Part shown: positions 8,622-16,555 of the stretch, piece after piece
Numbering within the stretch: position 1 is the stretch's first letter
Layout of the letters: every line of letters starts with the position of its first letter
Assembly: GCA_964426385.1 (NCBI GenBank)
Contig: CAYRQF010000001.1
Location: 167,939-231,938, forward strand
From: an uncultured Candidatus Saccharibacteria bacterium
GTDB taxonomy: Bacteria; Patescibacteriota; Minisyncoccia; Phycocordibacterales; CSBR16-119
Direction: 5' to 3'
Length of the DNA stretch: 64,000 nt
Position numbers and translations under genes: made by a program
The notes under the pieces: model-generated
What the model saw: only the letters and a program-made list of their open reading frames with translations
What the model was told of the DNA's origin: nothing
Databases searched by the model: none

Positions 8622-8735
8622 CCCGTTAGAGATAGCAAATTATTAATTTGCGTACCTTTGTTAATCTTTGTAATTAAATAACCTTTGTAAATTATACCTG
8701 ATTAGCGATCTCTCAAACAGAACATCTCTAACGGG
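8622..8735 (-). promoter_or_regulatory. Structured leader/regulatory element, copy 1 (12-bp terminal inverted repeats plus internal palindrome)
   Basis: CCCGTTAGAGAT (8622-8633) and ATCTCTAACGGG (8724-8735) are perfect inverted repeats. The palindrome GCAAATTATTAATTTGC lies at 8635-8651. The element abuts the start codon of the holin-family gene and matches copy 2 at 58824-58938 at 32 of 33 positions. Confidence 0.6.
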
Positions 8736-8746
8736 ATTCATGCCCT

Positions 8747-9202
8747 CTATTGGAATAATGAATCTACGGCATTCTTAACATCATTTCCATCAGCTTTACC
8801 CTTGAGGTCCTTCATGAGTGCTCCAACGAGCATTCCCTTCTTCGAGGCATCTGTTATTCCGAGCTCAGCTTTCTTGGCCTCAACGATTTTCCTCACTTCG
8901 TCGATAGACATCATCGTTGGTAAGAATTCCTGGAGTATAGAGAGCTCCTTGGCTTCACCCTCGGCGAGTTCTGGTCGTCCAGCACTCTCGTACTGAACCA
9001 TCGACTCCTTGCGTTGCTTGGCGAGTCTCGTGATAACTGCAACAGCTTCCTCGTCCGTGAGCATATCCTGAGGGGTGCGTTTGGTCGCAACAAGTTCATT
9101 TGTAAAAGCACTCGTCATCCCGCGCATAACCATGAGCCTAGTCTCGTCCTTGGCCTTCATGGCCGTCTTGATCCCGTCTTTTATTTGTTCGTGTAGTGTC
9201 AT
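8747..9202 (-). CDS. GatB/YqeY domain-containing protein
   Basis: 151 aa; MTLHEQIKDGIKTAMKAKDETRL... follows the YqeY family pattern. Confidence 0.85.
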   Translation of the reverse strand: MTLHEQIKDGIKTAMKAKDETRLMVMRGMTSAFTNELVATKRTPQDMLTDEEAVAVITRLAKQRKESMVQYESAGRPELAEGEAKELSILQEFLPTMMSIDEVRKIVEAKKAELGITDASKKGMLVGALMKDLKGKADGNDVKNAVDSLFQ

Positions 9203-9203
9203 G

Positions 9204-9491
9204 TTATTTTTTATTAACCTTCTGTTCTAATCGATTGAAACGCATGACGAAATTATCAAATTCAGATCTTTTAACATAAGAATCTCGAATATCCAAAATG
9301 TCATTATTAATTTTCCTTTGGCCGTCTTCGAGATTCTTGAGACGGTCATCAACCTTGTCTAATTTTTTATCTACAGATTCAAATCCTTTAGCTACGGATA
9401 CGGCTAGCTTATCCACGACATCTGAGAGATTATCGATTTTTGACTCTAGTATTCCAGTTGCCGGATTTTTCTTTAGGACCTTCTTTTTCAT
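9204..9491 (-). CDS. Hypothetical coiled-coil protein
   Basis: 95 aa, charged and heptad-rich. Its stop lies 2 bp from the start of the gene at 8747-9202. Confidence 0.45.
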   Translation of the reverse strand: MKKKVLKKNPATGILESKIDNLSDVVDKLAVSVAKGFESVDKKLDKVDDRLKNLEDGQRKINNDILDIRDSYVKRSEFDNFVMRFNRLEQKVNKK

Positions 9492-9518
9492 AACGAAATT
9501 TTAACACATCTGATATAA

Positions 9519-10247
9519 TTGCGAAATATGATTCAAAAACTCGTATTTCTAGACACCGAAACCACCGGCAATATGCCGACAGACCGGCTATGCCAGCTTT
9601 GTTACAAAATTGATGGCGAGATAGTAAGCGAGTTGTACAAACCACCCATCCCGATAAGTATCGAGTCGATGGCTATCCACCACATCACCGAAAAGATGGT
9701 CGCGGATAAACCTGCCTTCACAGATAGTCCGGAATACGAGAAACTCACGAAGCTTTTTGCTAATGGCGCAGTATTCGTCGCTCACAATGCCAAGTTCGAT
9801 ATAGGAATGGTTGAAAAGGAAGGTCTCAAGATAGATAAATACATCGACACATACAGGGTCGCTAGACACCTAGACCCTGAAGGTAAGATCTCATCATATC
9901 GCCTACAGTACCTGCGCTACCTGCTAGGTATAGAGATCGAGGCGACAGCTCATGACGCCAAAGGTGACGTGCTCGTTCTCGAACAGCTATTCGAGAGACT
10001 AGTCAAGAAAATTATGGATGCGGAGAATCTTTCTCGAGAGACTGCGTTAGATCAGATGATCGACATATCGAGCAAACCGGTACTTTTCAAATACATAAAC
10101 TTCGGTAAATACAAAAACTCGAGTCTCGATGAGGTGGTTCAGAAAGACGCCGCATATCTGCGATGGCTACTCGACCAGAAGAAACAGACCCCAGATGAAG
10201 AGGAAGACTGGATATACACTCTTGAAACTTATCTCCATATAAAATAG
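9519..10247 (+). CDS. DEDDh 3'-5' exonuclease (DnaQ/epsilon-like) with a C-terminal extension
   Basis: 242 aa; the FLDTETTG (Exo I) and HNAKFD (Exo II) motifs and the H..D (Exo III) region are present. Confidence 0.85.
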   Translation: MRNMIQKLVFLDTETTGNMPTDRLCQLCYKIDGEIVSELYKPPIPISIESMAIHHITEKMVADKPAFTDSPEYEKLTKLFANGAVFVAHNAKFDIGMVEKEGLKIDKYIDTYRVARHLDPEGKISSYRLQYLRYLLGIEIEATAHDAKGDVLVLEQLFERLVKKIMDAENLSRETALDQMIDISSKPVLFKYINFGKYKNSSLDEVVQKDAAYLRWLLDQKKQTPDEEEDWIYTLETYLHIK

Positions 10248-10265
10248 AATAAGCAAAACACCCCT

Positions 10266-10487
10266 TTGCCCATGAAAGCATTTGGAAGATGGGTTGCAAA
10301 CAACCCAACGCTCTGCATTTGCGCCACAATGGTCGGCCTTTGGTGGGCAGAACATCGCCTGCTCTATGAAGCGTGGGACAATCGCTTGTCACACGGAATT
10401 TTCTGGCTACTCGTTACTGGCCAGGTTCTGTTCATTGTTTTCCTTGTGTTCTCTGTCTTGAGAACGAAGCTGAAAGCATGGCGATAA
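10266..10487 (+). CDS. Small hypothetical membrane protein (73 aa)
   Basis: Two hydrophobic segments, followed by a clean rho-independent terminator. Confidence 0.45.
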   Translation: MPMKAFGRWVANNPTLCICATMVGLWWAEHRLLYEAWDNRLSHGIFWLLVTGQVLFIVFLVFSVLRTKLKAWR

Positions 10488-10500
10488 CCCCACACCCGAG

Positions 10501-10536
10501 CAAAGGAGGTTCGCAAGAGCCTCCTTTGGTTTTTAT
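10501..10536 (+). terminator. Rho-independent terminator
   Basis: CAAAGGAGG TTCGCAAGAG CCTCCTTTG is a 9-bp stem followed by GTTTTTAT. Confidence 0.7.
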
Positions 10537-10551
10537 GGTAAAATGTAATCC

Positions 10552-11595
10552 ATGAATCAATGGATTTTCCTCATACTTGGACTCATCGGCGGCTATATAG
10601 TCGTCTCGCTCATACGTTCCAAGAAAAAAACTACTAGCGATGATCCTCAACTATTCAAGCTTCTAGCAGATGAGATGAAGGACATCCGCCGGACTCTCGA
10701 CGAACGTCTGCATCAGTCGAGCGAGAAGATGTACGAGTCGCTGAAGTACCAGTCCAAAGAATCTATCGAGGCTATCAAAGACGTAACTGAGAGACTCGTG
10801 CGTCTCGACGAGACGAACAAGCAGGTCGTGAACTTCACGGACCAGCTCCAACAGCTTCAGAACATGCTGAAGAATCCAAAAGGCCGAGGCATCCTCGGAG
10901 AGTACTACCTAGAAACCGTACTGAAGAACGTCCTACCTCCACGCTCATACCAGATGCAATACGGATTCCCAAATGGTGACATCGTCGACGCAGTGGTGTT
11001 CGTCAAAGGTAAAGTGATCCCTATCGACTCCAAATTTTCTCTAGAAAACTACAACCGCATGATCGAGGTGCAGGACCAGGGTCTCCATGAACAATACGAA
11101 CGTGAATTCAAAGCAGACCTCAAACGTCGCATCGACGAAACGAGCAAGTACATCCAGCCAGACAATGGCACGATGGATTTCGCTTTTATGTTCATCCCGC
11201 ACGAAGCGATCTACTACGATCTACTTGTAGCCGAAGTTGGCGGTATCAAGATAAACACGCATGACCTCATCGAATACGCATTCAAGAAGAACGTTCTGAT
11301 CGTCTCGCCGACGAGCTTCCTCGCATTCCTCCAAACAGTACTCCAGGGACTCAAGGCTCTCCAGATCGAGGAGTCAGCCAAAGAGATCCAGAAGCGTGTA
11401 GGCGAACTCGGCAACCACCTCAAAGCTTTTGCCGAGTATCATGACAAGATGGGTAAAAGCCTCGGCACTGTGGTCAACCAATACAACCTATCAAACAAAG
11501 AATTCAAGAAGATAGACAAGGACGTTCTCCGCATCAACGGCGAGGCTATGAATATTGAGGTCCTAGAAATAGATAAGCCCCACGAAGATAGCTAA
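10552..11595 (+). CDS. rmuC: DNA recombination protein RmuC
   Basis: 347 aa with an N-terminal TM helix, a coiled coil and a C-terminal RmuC nuclease-like domain (...FAFMFIPHEAIYYDLL...NVLIVSPTSFLAFLQ). Confidence 0.85.
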   Translation: MNQWIFLILGLIGGYIVVSLIRSKKKTTSDDPQLFKLLADEMKDIRRTLDERLHQSSEKMYESLKYQSKESIEAIKDVTERLVRLDETNKQVVNFTDQLQQLQNMLKNPKGRGILGEYYLETVLKNVLPPRSYQMQYGFPNGDIVDAVVFVKGKVIPIDSKFSLENYNRMIEVQDQGLHEQYEREFKADLKRRIDETSKYIQPDNGTMDFAFMFIPHEAIYYDLLVAEVGGIKINTHDLIEYAFKKNVLIVSPTSFLAFLQTVLQGLKALQIEESAKEIQKRVGELGNHLKAFAEYHDKMGKSLGTVVNQYNLSNKEFKKIDKDVLRINGEAMNIEVLEIDKPHEDS

Positions 11596-11694
11596 AAAGT
11601 CCCTTTCCTGTGCCATGCCTTATATTGACAAATAGGGCTTTTTAGTGTATACAGTAATAGAACCTGCAACACTTACAACAAAATCAACCGACCC

Positions 11695-12612
11695 ATGAAA
11701 AAGCTGCTTTTCCTGACCCTCTTCGGCCTCCTCGGAAGCCAAGTATTCGCGCAAAACAGCGCCACCCTCGTTTCCATCGATGACGTCCACTACGACCAGA
11801 TCGCTGAGGACATGCTCGATGCGGATATCGACAATGTGGAGCCCTGGGGCAAACAGAGGAAGCCCACCAAGGCGGTGCTCATCCTCGACGGTGACTATAT
11901 CGCCCTCGGCAATATCACCCTCGTCAAGAGCGACTCCGCGGATATCTCCTTCTACAGAGGTGACAAAGACACTGCTCGAGTGTTCCCGCTCTACGATGAA
12001 CGGTACTCTATGTCGTCCGGAGGTGTCCTCCAAGGCGCCGATGGCGAGAAGCTCGAAGCGATCCTCATTACACCACAACAAGGAAAAGGCAAGACGGCAT
12101 GGATCACCTTCAACAATAAAGGTGTGTCCAAGAACATTGAGCCTGACAATTATGAGATCATCCTCGAACTTCGCCCTGAACATGAGGACGTTGAGTGGGC
12201 ATCCCGAGGCAAGTACTATACGCCCAGCATTTCTTCCCAGACGGTCAACATGGTCGACAGCAACCCAGAGGGTTCCTATGCACTCTCGGTCAAAGGAAAA
12301 TGGGGCCGGAAGTATGGTTTCTTCTTCCTCAAGGAAGCTGAAAACCACGGCCTGGTCAAAACTCAGGTTTTCGAACCTGCCATTGACCCCCATGACCCTT
12401 CGACCATTCATCGCTTCGAGCTGAAGGATGGCCAATACATCCTGGATGGCAAGATCAAGGTGAAGAAGCTTGTTCTCATTCGTGTGAATGAAGAGAAGGC
12501 AACTGGCTCCGTAAAGCAAAAGCACGATGGGCGCCAACGCAAGGACCTGCGGAAAAAGCAGAAGGCCGAGCGCAAACGCCAGAAGCAAATTCGCAAGAGG
12601 GTTGAGAACTAA
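11695..12612 (+). CDS. Secreted hypothetical protein with a C-terminal Lys/Arg-rich tail
   Basis: 305 aa with a signal peptide (MKKLLFLTLFGLLGSQVFAQ). It is GC-rich and followed by a strong terminator. The antisense 339-aa ORF is rejected. Confidence 0.6.
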   Translation: MKKLLFLTLFGLLGSQVFAQNSATLVSIDDVHYDQIAEDMLDADIDNVEPWGKQRKPTKAVLILDGDYIALGNITLVKSDSADISFYRGDKDTARVFPLYDERYSMSSGGVLQGADGEKLEAILITPQQGKGKTAWITFNNKGVSKNIEPDNYEIILELRPEHEDVEWASRGKYYTPSISSQTVNMVDSNPEGSYALSVKGKWGRKYGFFFLKEAENHGLVKTQVFEPAIDPHDPSTIHRFELKDGQYILDGKIKVKKLVLIRVNEEKATGSVKQKHDGRQRKDLRKKQKAERKRQKQIRKRVEN

Positions 12613-12643
12613 CGAGCACACGCAGCTTCGGCTGCACACGAAA

Positions 12644-12674
12644 AAGGCGGCCCATGTGGACCGCCTTTTCCTTT
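12644..12674. terminator. Bidirectional rho-independent terminator, preceded by a GCAGC-UUCG-GCUGC tetraloop hairpin
   Basis: AAGGCGG CCCATGTGGA CCGCCTT followed by TTCCTTT. It sits between convergent genes. Confidence 0.65.
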
Positions 12675-12689
12675 GCCAATTTATTATTT

Positions 12690-13274
12690 CTATCTTACGA
12701 TTTCAGTAACATTGACCTTATACCACTCTTTCCATTCAGGCTCAACGCCATCTTTAGTCTCACGCATTTTCACTAGAACATTTTCTGAGTCCTGTAGAAC
12801 TACGAATTCATGTGTAGTGCCAGAACCTTCACATGTAGCATACGCAAATGGGATACCGTTCTCAGAAGAAGTGTCGATATATTCAGTTTCTTCGCATGTC
12901 CCTGGATGGACGCCTAGCTTGTATGGTCGGCCGAAAGTAATTGCACTGCCGTTACGAGTAAAGTCCGCGAACTCCATCTTGACCCAAGTCTGATTCGTTT
13001 CAGCGACTTCAGGACTCTCGGTATCAAATATCCACTTCACTCCCTGCCAGGCATATTCATAGTCACCTGACTGAACAGGTTGAACGACTTCGAGCGCATC
13101 GCTGTTGTCGGTTGCTTCTACAGCAGGAATAGTCTCATCAGCTGGAATGATGTCGCTATTTTTCTCCCGACTCACTAGGATTATTACGATAATAACGGCA
13201 ACCAAGATTACTCCTCCAATAATTTTATTAGTAAGACTGCCGTTAACCCCGCCCCTGTTATTTGTATCTGCCAT
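12690..13274 (-). CDS. Membrane-anchored hypothetical protein
   Basis: 194 aa with an N-terminal TM anchor (IIGGVILVAVIIVIILV) and a Cys-containing extracytoplasmic domain. Confidence 0.55.
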   Translation of the reverse strand: MADTNNRGGVNGSLTNKIIGGVILVAVIIVIILVSREKNSDIIPADETIPAVEATDNSDALEVVQPVQSGDYEYAWQGVKWIFDTESPEVAETNQTWVKMEFADFTRNGSAITFGRPYKLGVHPGTCEETEYIDTSSENGIPFAYATCEGSGTTHEFVVLQDSENVLVKMRETKDGVEPEWKEWYKVNVTEIVR

Positions 13275-13362
13275 ATATAGCCAGATTCTACCATGTGGGA
13301 AATTTGAGGTAAAACCTTGATTAAACTCTCCTTTTTGGGTATTCTATGCAGGTCTTTTATAA

Positions 13363-13434
13363 GGCCCTATCGTCTAATGGTTAGGACAGATCCTTCTCAA
13401 GGATTAAATCCGGGTTCGATTCCCGGTAGGGTCA
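13363..13434 (+). tRNA. tRNA-Glu (anticodon CUC)
   Basis: A 72-nt cloverleaf: acceptor GGCCCTA/TAGGGTC, D arm GTCT..GGAC, anticodon loop TTCTCAA, T arm CCGGG TTCGATT CCCGG. CCA is not encoded. Confidence 0.85.
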
Positions 13435-13438
13435 CAAA

Positions 13439-14011
13439 ATGCGCAAAGCAGGGAAACTAGCTTACTCGATTCTTTTAGTGTTTATTGCTTTTGTTTTGAT
13501 TGCGCTTGTAATCATAAAATTCAGTAATGGAAGCTTCGATTCCGCCGACAGTACCGTCGTACTCGGTGCTGCGGCATGGGACGGAAATCCGTCACCGGTG
13601 TTCCAGGCACGAATTGATCATGCCATAGACTTATATAAGGCAGATAAAATTCAGAAACTTTACTTCACTGGCGGAAGCGATAGTCCTGATCAACTAACAG
13701 AAGCCGAGACTGCAGAGAAGTACGCTGTATCAAGTGGTGTAGACACAGAAGATATAGCTATTGAAACCACTTCTCAAACAACGATGCAGAATTTGCAGAA
13801 TATTTCTGCTATGACAGAACCGGGTGAAAGTATTTTAATAATAACTGACCCCTTGCATCAATACCGCTCTATAAAAATGGCGCACACGCTTAATCTCGAC
13901 GCTTACCCATCTCCAACTCCACACACTCGATACATATCAACCAAAACACGGCTACCCTTCCTTATCCGAGAGACATACTTTATGATTGTCTTCTGGATAT
14001 TCGGAATATAA
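13439..14011 (+). CDS. YdcF/ElyC (DUF218) family protein
   Basis: 190 aa with an N-terminal TM helix; the VLGAA.....P...R...A..L and ...TGG motifs are typical of DUF218. Confidence 0.75.
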   Translation: MRKAGKLAYSILLVFIAFVLIALVIIKFSNGSFDSADSTVVLGAAAWDGNPSPVFQARIDHAIDLYKADKIQKLYFTGGSDSPDQLTEAETAEKYAVSSGVDTEDIAIETTSQTTMQNLQNISAMTEPGESILIITDPLHQYRSIKMAHTLNLDAYPSPTPHTRYISTKTRLPFLIRETYFMIVFWIFGI

Positions 14012-14013
14012 AT

Positions 14014-14376
14014 ATGAAAAGATTTTCAAAACTCACTTATCTCTACATGTACCTTGGCTCAGTTGTGGTGTTAGTAATATTCCTGAGTATTTTTTCTTCT
14101 TATAAGATCAAGGGGGACGCCCGTGTCACATACGTCGACACTCTACCGGGGAGCATCATGGCTATGACTCTACCGCCTTTTGGGATATTTATCGAAGAGA
14201 AATATATAGACCAAGGCGACGCCAAGGGATCCATCCTCGCGCACGAACGTATCCACTGGCTCCAATATCAAGAACTCGGACTTTTCGGTTTCTACAACAA
14301 ATACATTAACGGTTGGCTTAAAAATGGAAGACTTTATAATGAGATGGAGGCAGACGCTCGCAAGCGTAGCGAATAG
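14014..14376 (+). CDS. Small membrane protein with an HExxH motif (putative metalloprotease-like)
   Basis: 120 aa with an N-terminal TM helix and AHERIHW (HExxH). Confidence 0.45.
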   Translation: MKRFSKLTYLYMYLGSVVVLVIFLSIFSSYKIKGDARVTYVDTLPGSIMAMTLPPFGIFIEEKYIDQGDAKGSILAHERIHWLQYQELGLFGFYNKYINGWLKNGRLYNEMEADARKRSE

Positions 14377-14377
14377 T

Positions 14378-14746
14378 ATGCAATCGAAACCAACAACCAT
14401 AACTGAATACATCGCCGCAGCGCCAAAAGACACTCGGAAGAAACTGCGTGAGATTCGAGCGACGATCAAAGCCGGTGCGCCGAGAGCCATAGAGAGTCTC
14501 AAGTGGTCTATGCCAGCTTTTTCATATTCCCGTATCCTCGTAACATTCGCTGTATTCAAGAACCACATCGGTTTCTACCCCACCCCGTCAGCCATAACAA
14601 AATTCAAGAAAGATCTAACCAAGTACAAAACCGCCAAAGGTTCTATCCAATTTCCGCTCGATAAACCTCTACCCCTACCCCTCATCCGCAAAATCACCGC
14701 CTTCCGCACCAAAGAACTCCGCACTGGAGAAAAAAAGTGGAAGTAA
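14378..14746 (+). CDS. DUF1801 (YdhG-like) domain protein
   Basis: The start is placed at the internal Met (MQSKPTTITEYIAAAPKD...) to avoid overlapping the upstream gene. The ...PKDTRKKLREIRATIKAGAP... pattern is typical of DUF1801. Confidence 0.7.
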   Translation: MQSKPTTITEYIAAAPKDTRKKLREIRATIKAGAPRAIESLKWSMPAFSYSRILVTFAVFKNHIGFYPTPSAITKFKKDLTKYKTAKGSIQFPLDKPLPLPLIRKITAFRTKELRTGEKKWK

Positions 14747-14754
14747 TATAATAC

Positions 14755-15705
14755 TTAAGCAGCTTTTCTTTCTTCTTGACCCTGTTCGATTCCTAGATCA
14801 CTTTCTTTTATAATTTCTCTTATTATTTCTGGAGAGATTTCTTCATTGAACTCAAACTTGGTTCCATCTGATAGATCTTTGGAATACTCAATCATGATTT
14901 TTTTCTCTCCATCCTTATTCTCTATGCGGATAGTCGCGCCTTCGACAAAACCGAATCCCATACCGCCGAGAGCATCGATAAATTTGTTTCGAAAATCAGC
15001 GCCACGAGTTTTCTCCATAACTTTCGCCAGGAAAGACTCTGTAACCGTCTGATGAGTTCCCAGGAATCTATTGAGTTCTTTGTCATAGCCTTTGCTTTCA
15101 TCTTCCACAAGCTCTTCCCAACGATCTGACGCTCGAAAGTATTTTTCAACGAGAGAAGCAACGTTTCCTGCCATTCTGGAATATGTCGAAGTAACCGTGT
15201 CTTTATTTGCGCGAGCCATTTCATCACTCTCTTCTACTAGCCATTTCAGGGTTTCTTTGCGCTCATATGCTTTATTAAAAGCTTCTCCTGTTTCTCCTGC
15301 CGCTGCAAAATTTAGTCTCTCATCGACCCCAACCTTTGATCCCATTTTTAGATCCTTATCTAGTTCAGCCAGAGTCTCCTCGTAAGTCATCTCCGGACCT
15401 GTATTGGTGCCATCCATAACGTGCATCGCTGTTTCTCTAGAGCGGATTCGTGGACTGCCGTAGGCTAGAGATTGTGACATGTCTCCACTGGCGTCAGATG
15501 CATCGAAAGCTTGTACCCTACCCTCTGGGTTCAGTTTTATCCAGTAGTCCTTATCTATTTCTAATCCTTGAGACTTCAAAAGATCAAACCTCGCCTGATC
15601 TTCAGCTGTCATGGCTTTCTCTTTATTGCCATGTCTAAAGATTCGCAAAACTATAGCTGAGTCATGGCTTCCCTTTCTTTCCAAACTCGGTAGTGATTCT
15701 TTCAT
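14755..15705 (-). CDS. Histidine phosphatase superfamily (phosphoglycerate-mutase-like) protein
   Basis: 316 aa with an N-terminal LRIFRHGNKE motif (catalytic RHG). Confidence 0.7.
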   Translation of the reverse strand: MKESLPSLERKGSHDSAIVLRIFRHGNKEKAMTAEDQARFDLLKSQGLEIDKDYWIKLNPEGRVQAFDASDASGDMSQSLAYGSPRIRSRETAMHVMDGTNTGPEMTYEETLAELDKDLKMGSKVGVDERLNFAAAGETGEAFNKAYERKETLKWLVEESDEMARANKDTVTSTYSRMAGNVASLVEKYFRASDRWEELVEDESKGYDKELNRFLGTHQTVTESFLAKVMEKTRGADFRNKFIDALGGMGFGFVEGATIRIENKDGEKKIMIEYSKDLSDGTKFEFNEEISPEIIREIIKESDLGIEQGQEERKAA

Positions 15706-15843
15706 TAATTACTTATATTTTAGCAAATTTAACTATTTCTTTATGCCTTGACTTTTCTACTATTTGTATTATAATGTCGTTTGACAGTACTTCCATTCAG
15801 GCAGTACGCACATTCAACAACCCATTCCAATACAGTTACGACC

Positions 15844-16488
15844 ATGCGCAAGATCGTTTCCGTCCGTCACGGCAAAGCCGTATCCCCCGAGGGTGTCACC
15901 GATGATTCCCTGCGTGTCCTCAACGATGAAGGCATCAATAAGACGCGTGCTCTGGGCGACCAGCTCCGTATGCTCGGCTTCGTGCCGGACCGGATCATCG
16001 TATCCGGCGCCAAACGTGCCGACCAAAGCATGCGCCACATCATGGCAGAGATCGATCCTGGCGATCGCCTCAAACTGGTGAAGACCATGGTGACCGTGGT
16101 ACCCGGCTTGTACAAGTGGGAGGAACTGAACACCGCCGCCGCAGAACCCGAAGATGGCGGCCTCGGTTTCCATCTGCACCTCGCAGTGTACCAGGACAAG
16201 TTCCCCGAAGACCTCGCGAACTTCGAACACAACCGGGTGAAGGCCCTCCTCGACGCCCTCGACGAGCCCATCGGCGACGACGAGAACGTACTGATCGTGA
16301 CCCATGCCTGGATCTCGAATGTGAGCCTCTACCCCTTCGCACTGAAGCAGGAGCTGCGCGACGAGCTGCGTGAGATCGGTGTTCCCGAAGCGCATGCCCT
16401 GGTACTCCACGGCAATGGCGAGCTCGAAGCCTACGGCCCCGATGGAAAGGTGGAGATCGCCAGCCTGAAGCGGGTAGTGGAAGCCTGA
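15844..16488 (+). CDS. Histidine phosphatase superfamily protein (SixA-like), GC-rich
   Basis: The start is placed at ATG 15844 (MRKIVSVRHGKA..., RHG motif); the track ORF begins at TTG 15781. Its GC content is clearly higher than the flanks. Confidence 0.7.
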   Translation: MRKIVSVRHGKAVSPEGVTDDSLRVLNDEGINKTRALGDQLRMLGFVPDRIIVSGAKRADQSMRHIMAEIDPGDRLKLVKTMVTVVPGLYKWEELNTAAAEPEDGGLGFHLHLAVYQDKFPEDLANFEHNRVKALLDALDEPIGDDENVLIVTHAWISNVSLYPFALKQELRDELREIGVPEAHALVLHGNGELEAYGPDGKVEIASLKRVVEA

Positions 16489-16555
16489 GGCTTCAAGGAA
16501 TGAGTAGAGAGAGATTTGTGACGAAGAGCCCTGCTGTATAGCGGGGCCTTCCTTT

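Noticed and set aside
8622-8735. The 114-bp element with 12-bp terminal inverted repeats as a MITE or transposon remnant
   Set aside because: No target-site duplication flanks either copy, and both copies are positioned identically against a start codon with the highest conservation at the gene-proximal end. A cis-regulatory leader is the better fit; the MITE reading remains a refutation scenario in the findings.
11620-12639. 339-aa ORF on the minus strand, antisense to the secreted protein gene at 11695-12612
   Set aside because: Its product is low-complexity (Leu/Val/Gly/Arg-rich), typical of antisense frames in GC-rich DNA. The plus-strand ORF has a signal peptide and a downstream terminator.
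15814-16410. 198-aa and 134-aa minus-strand ORFs and Arg-rich plus-strand ORFs inside the GC-rich histidine-phosphatase gene
   Set aside because: These are antisense or out-of-frame artefacts of high-GC sequence. The RHG-motif frame on the plus strand is the coherent one.
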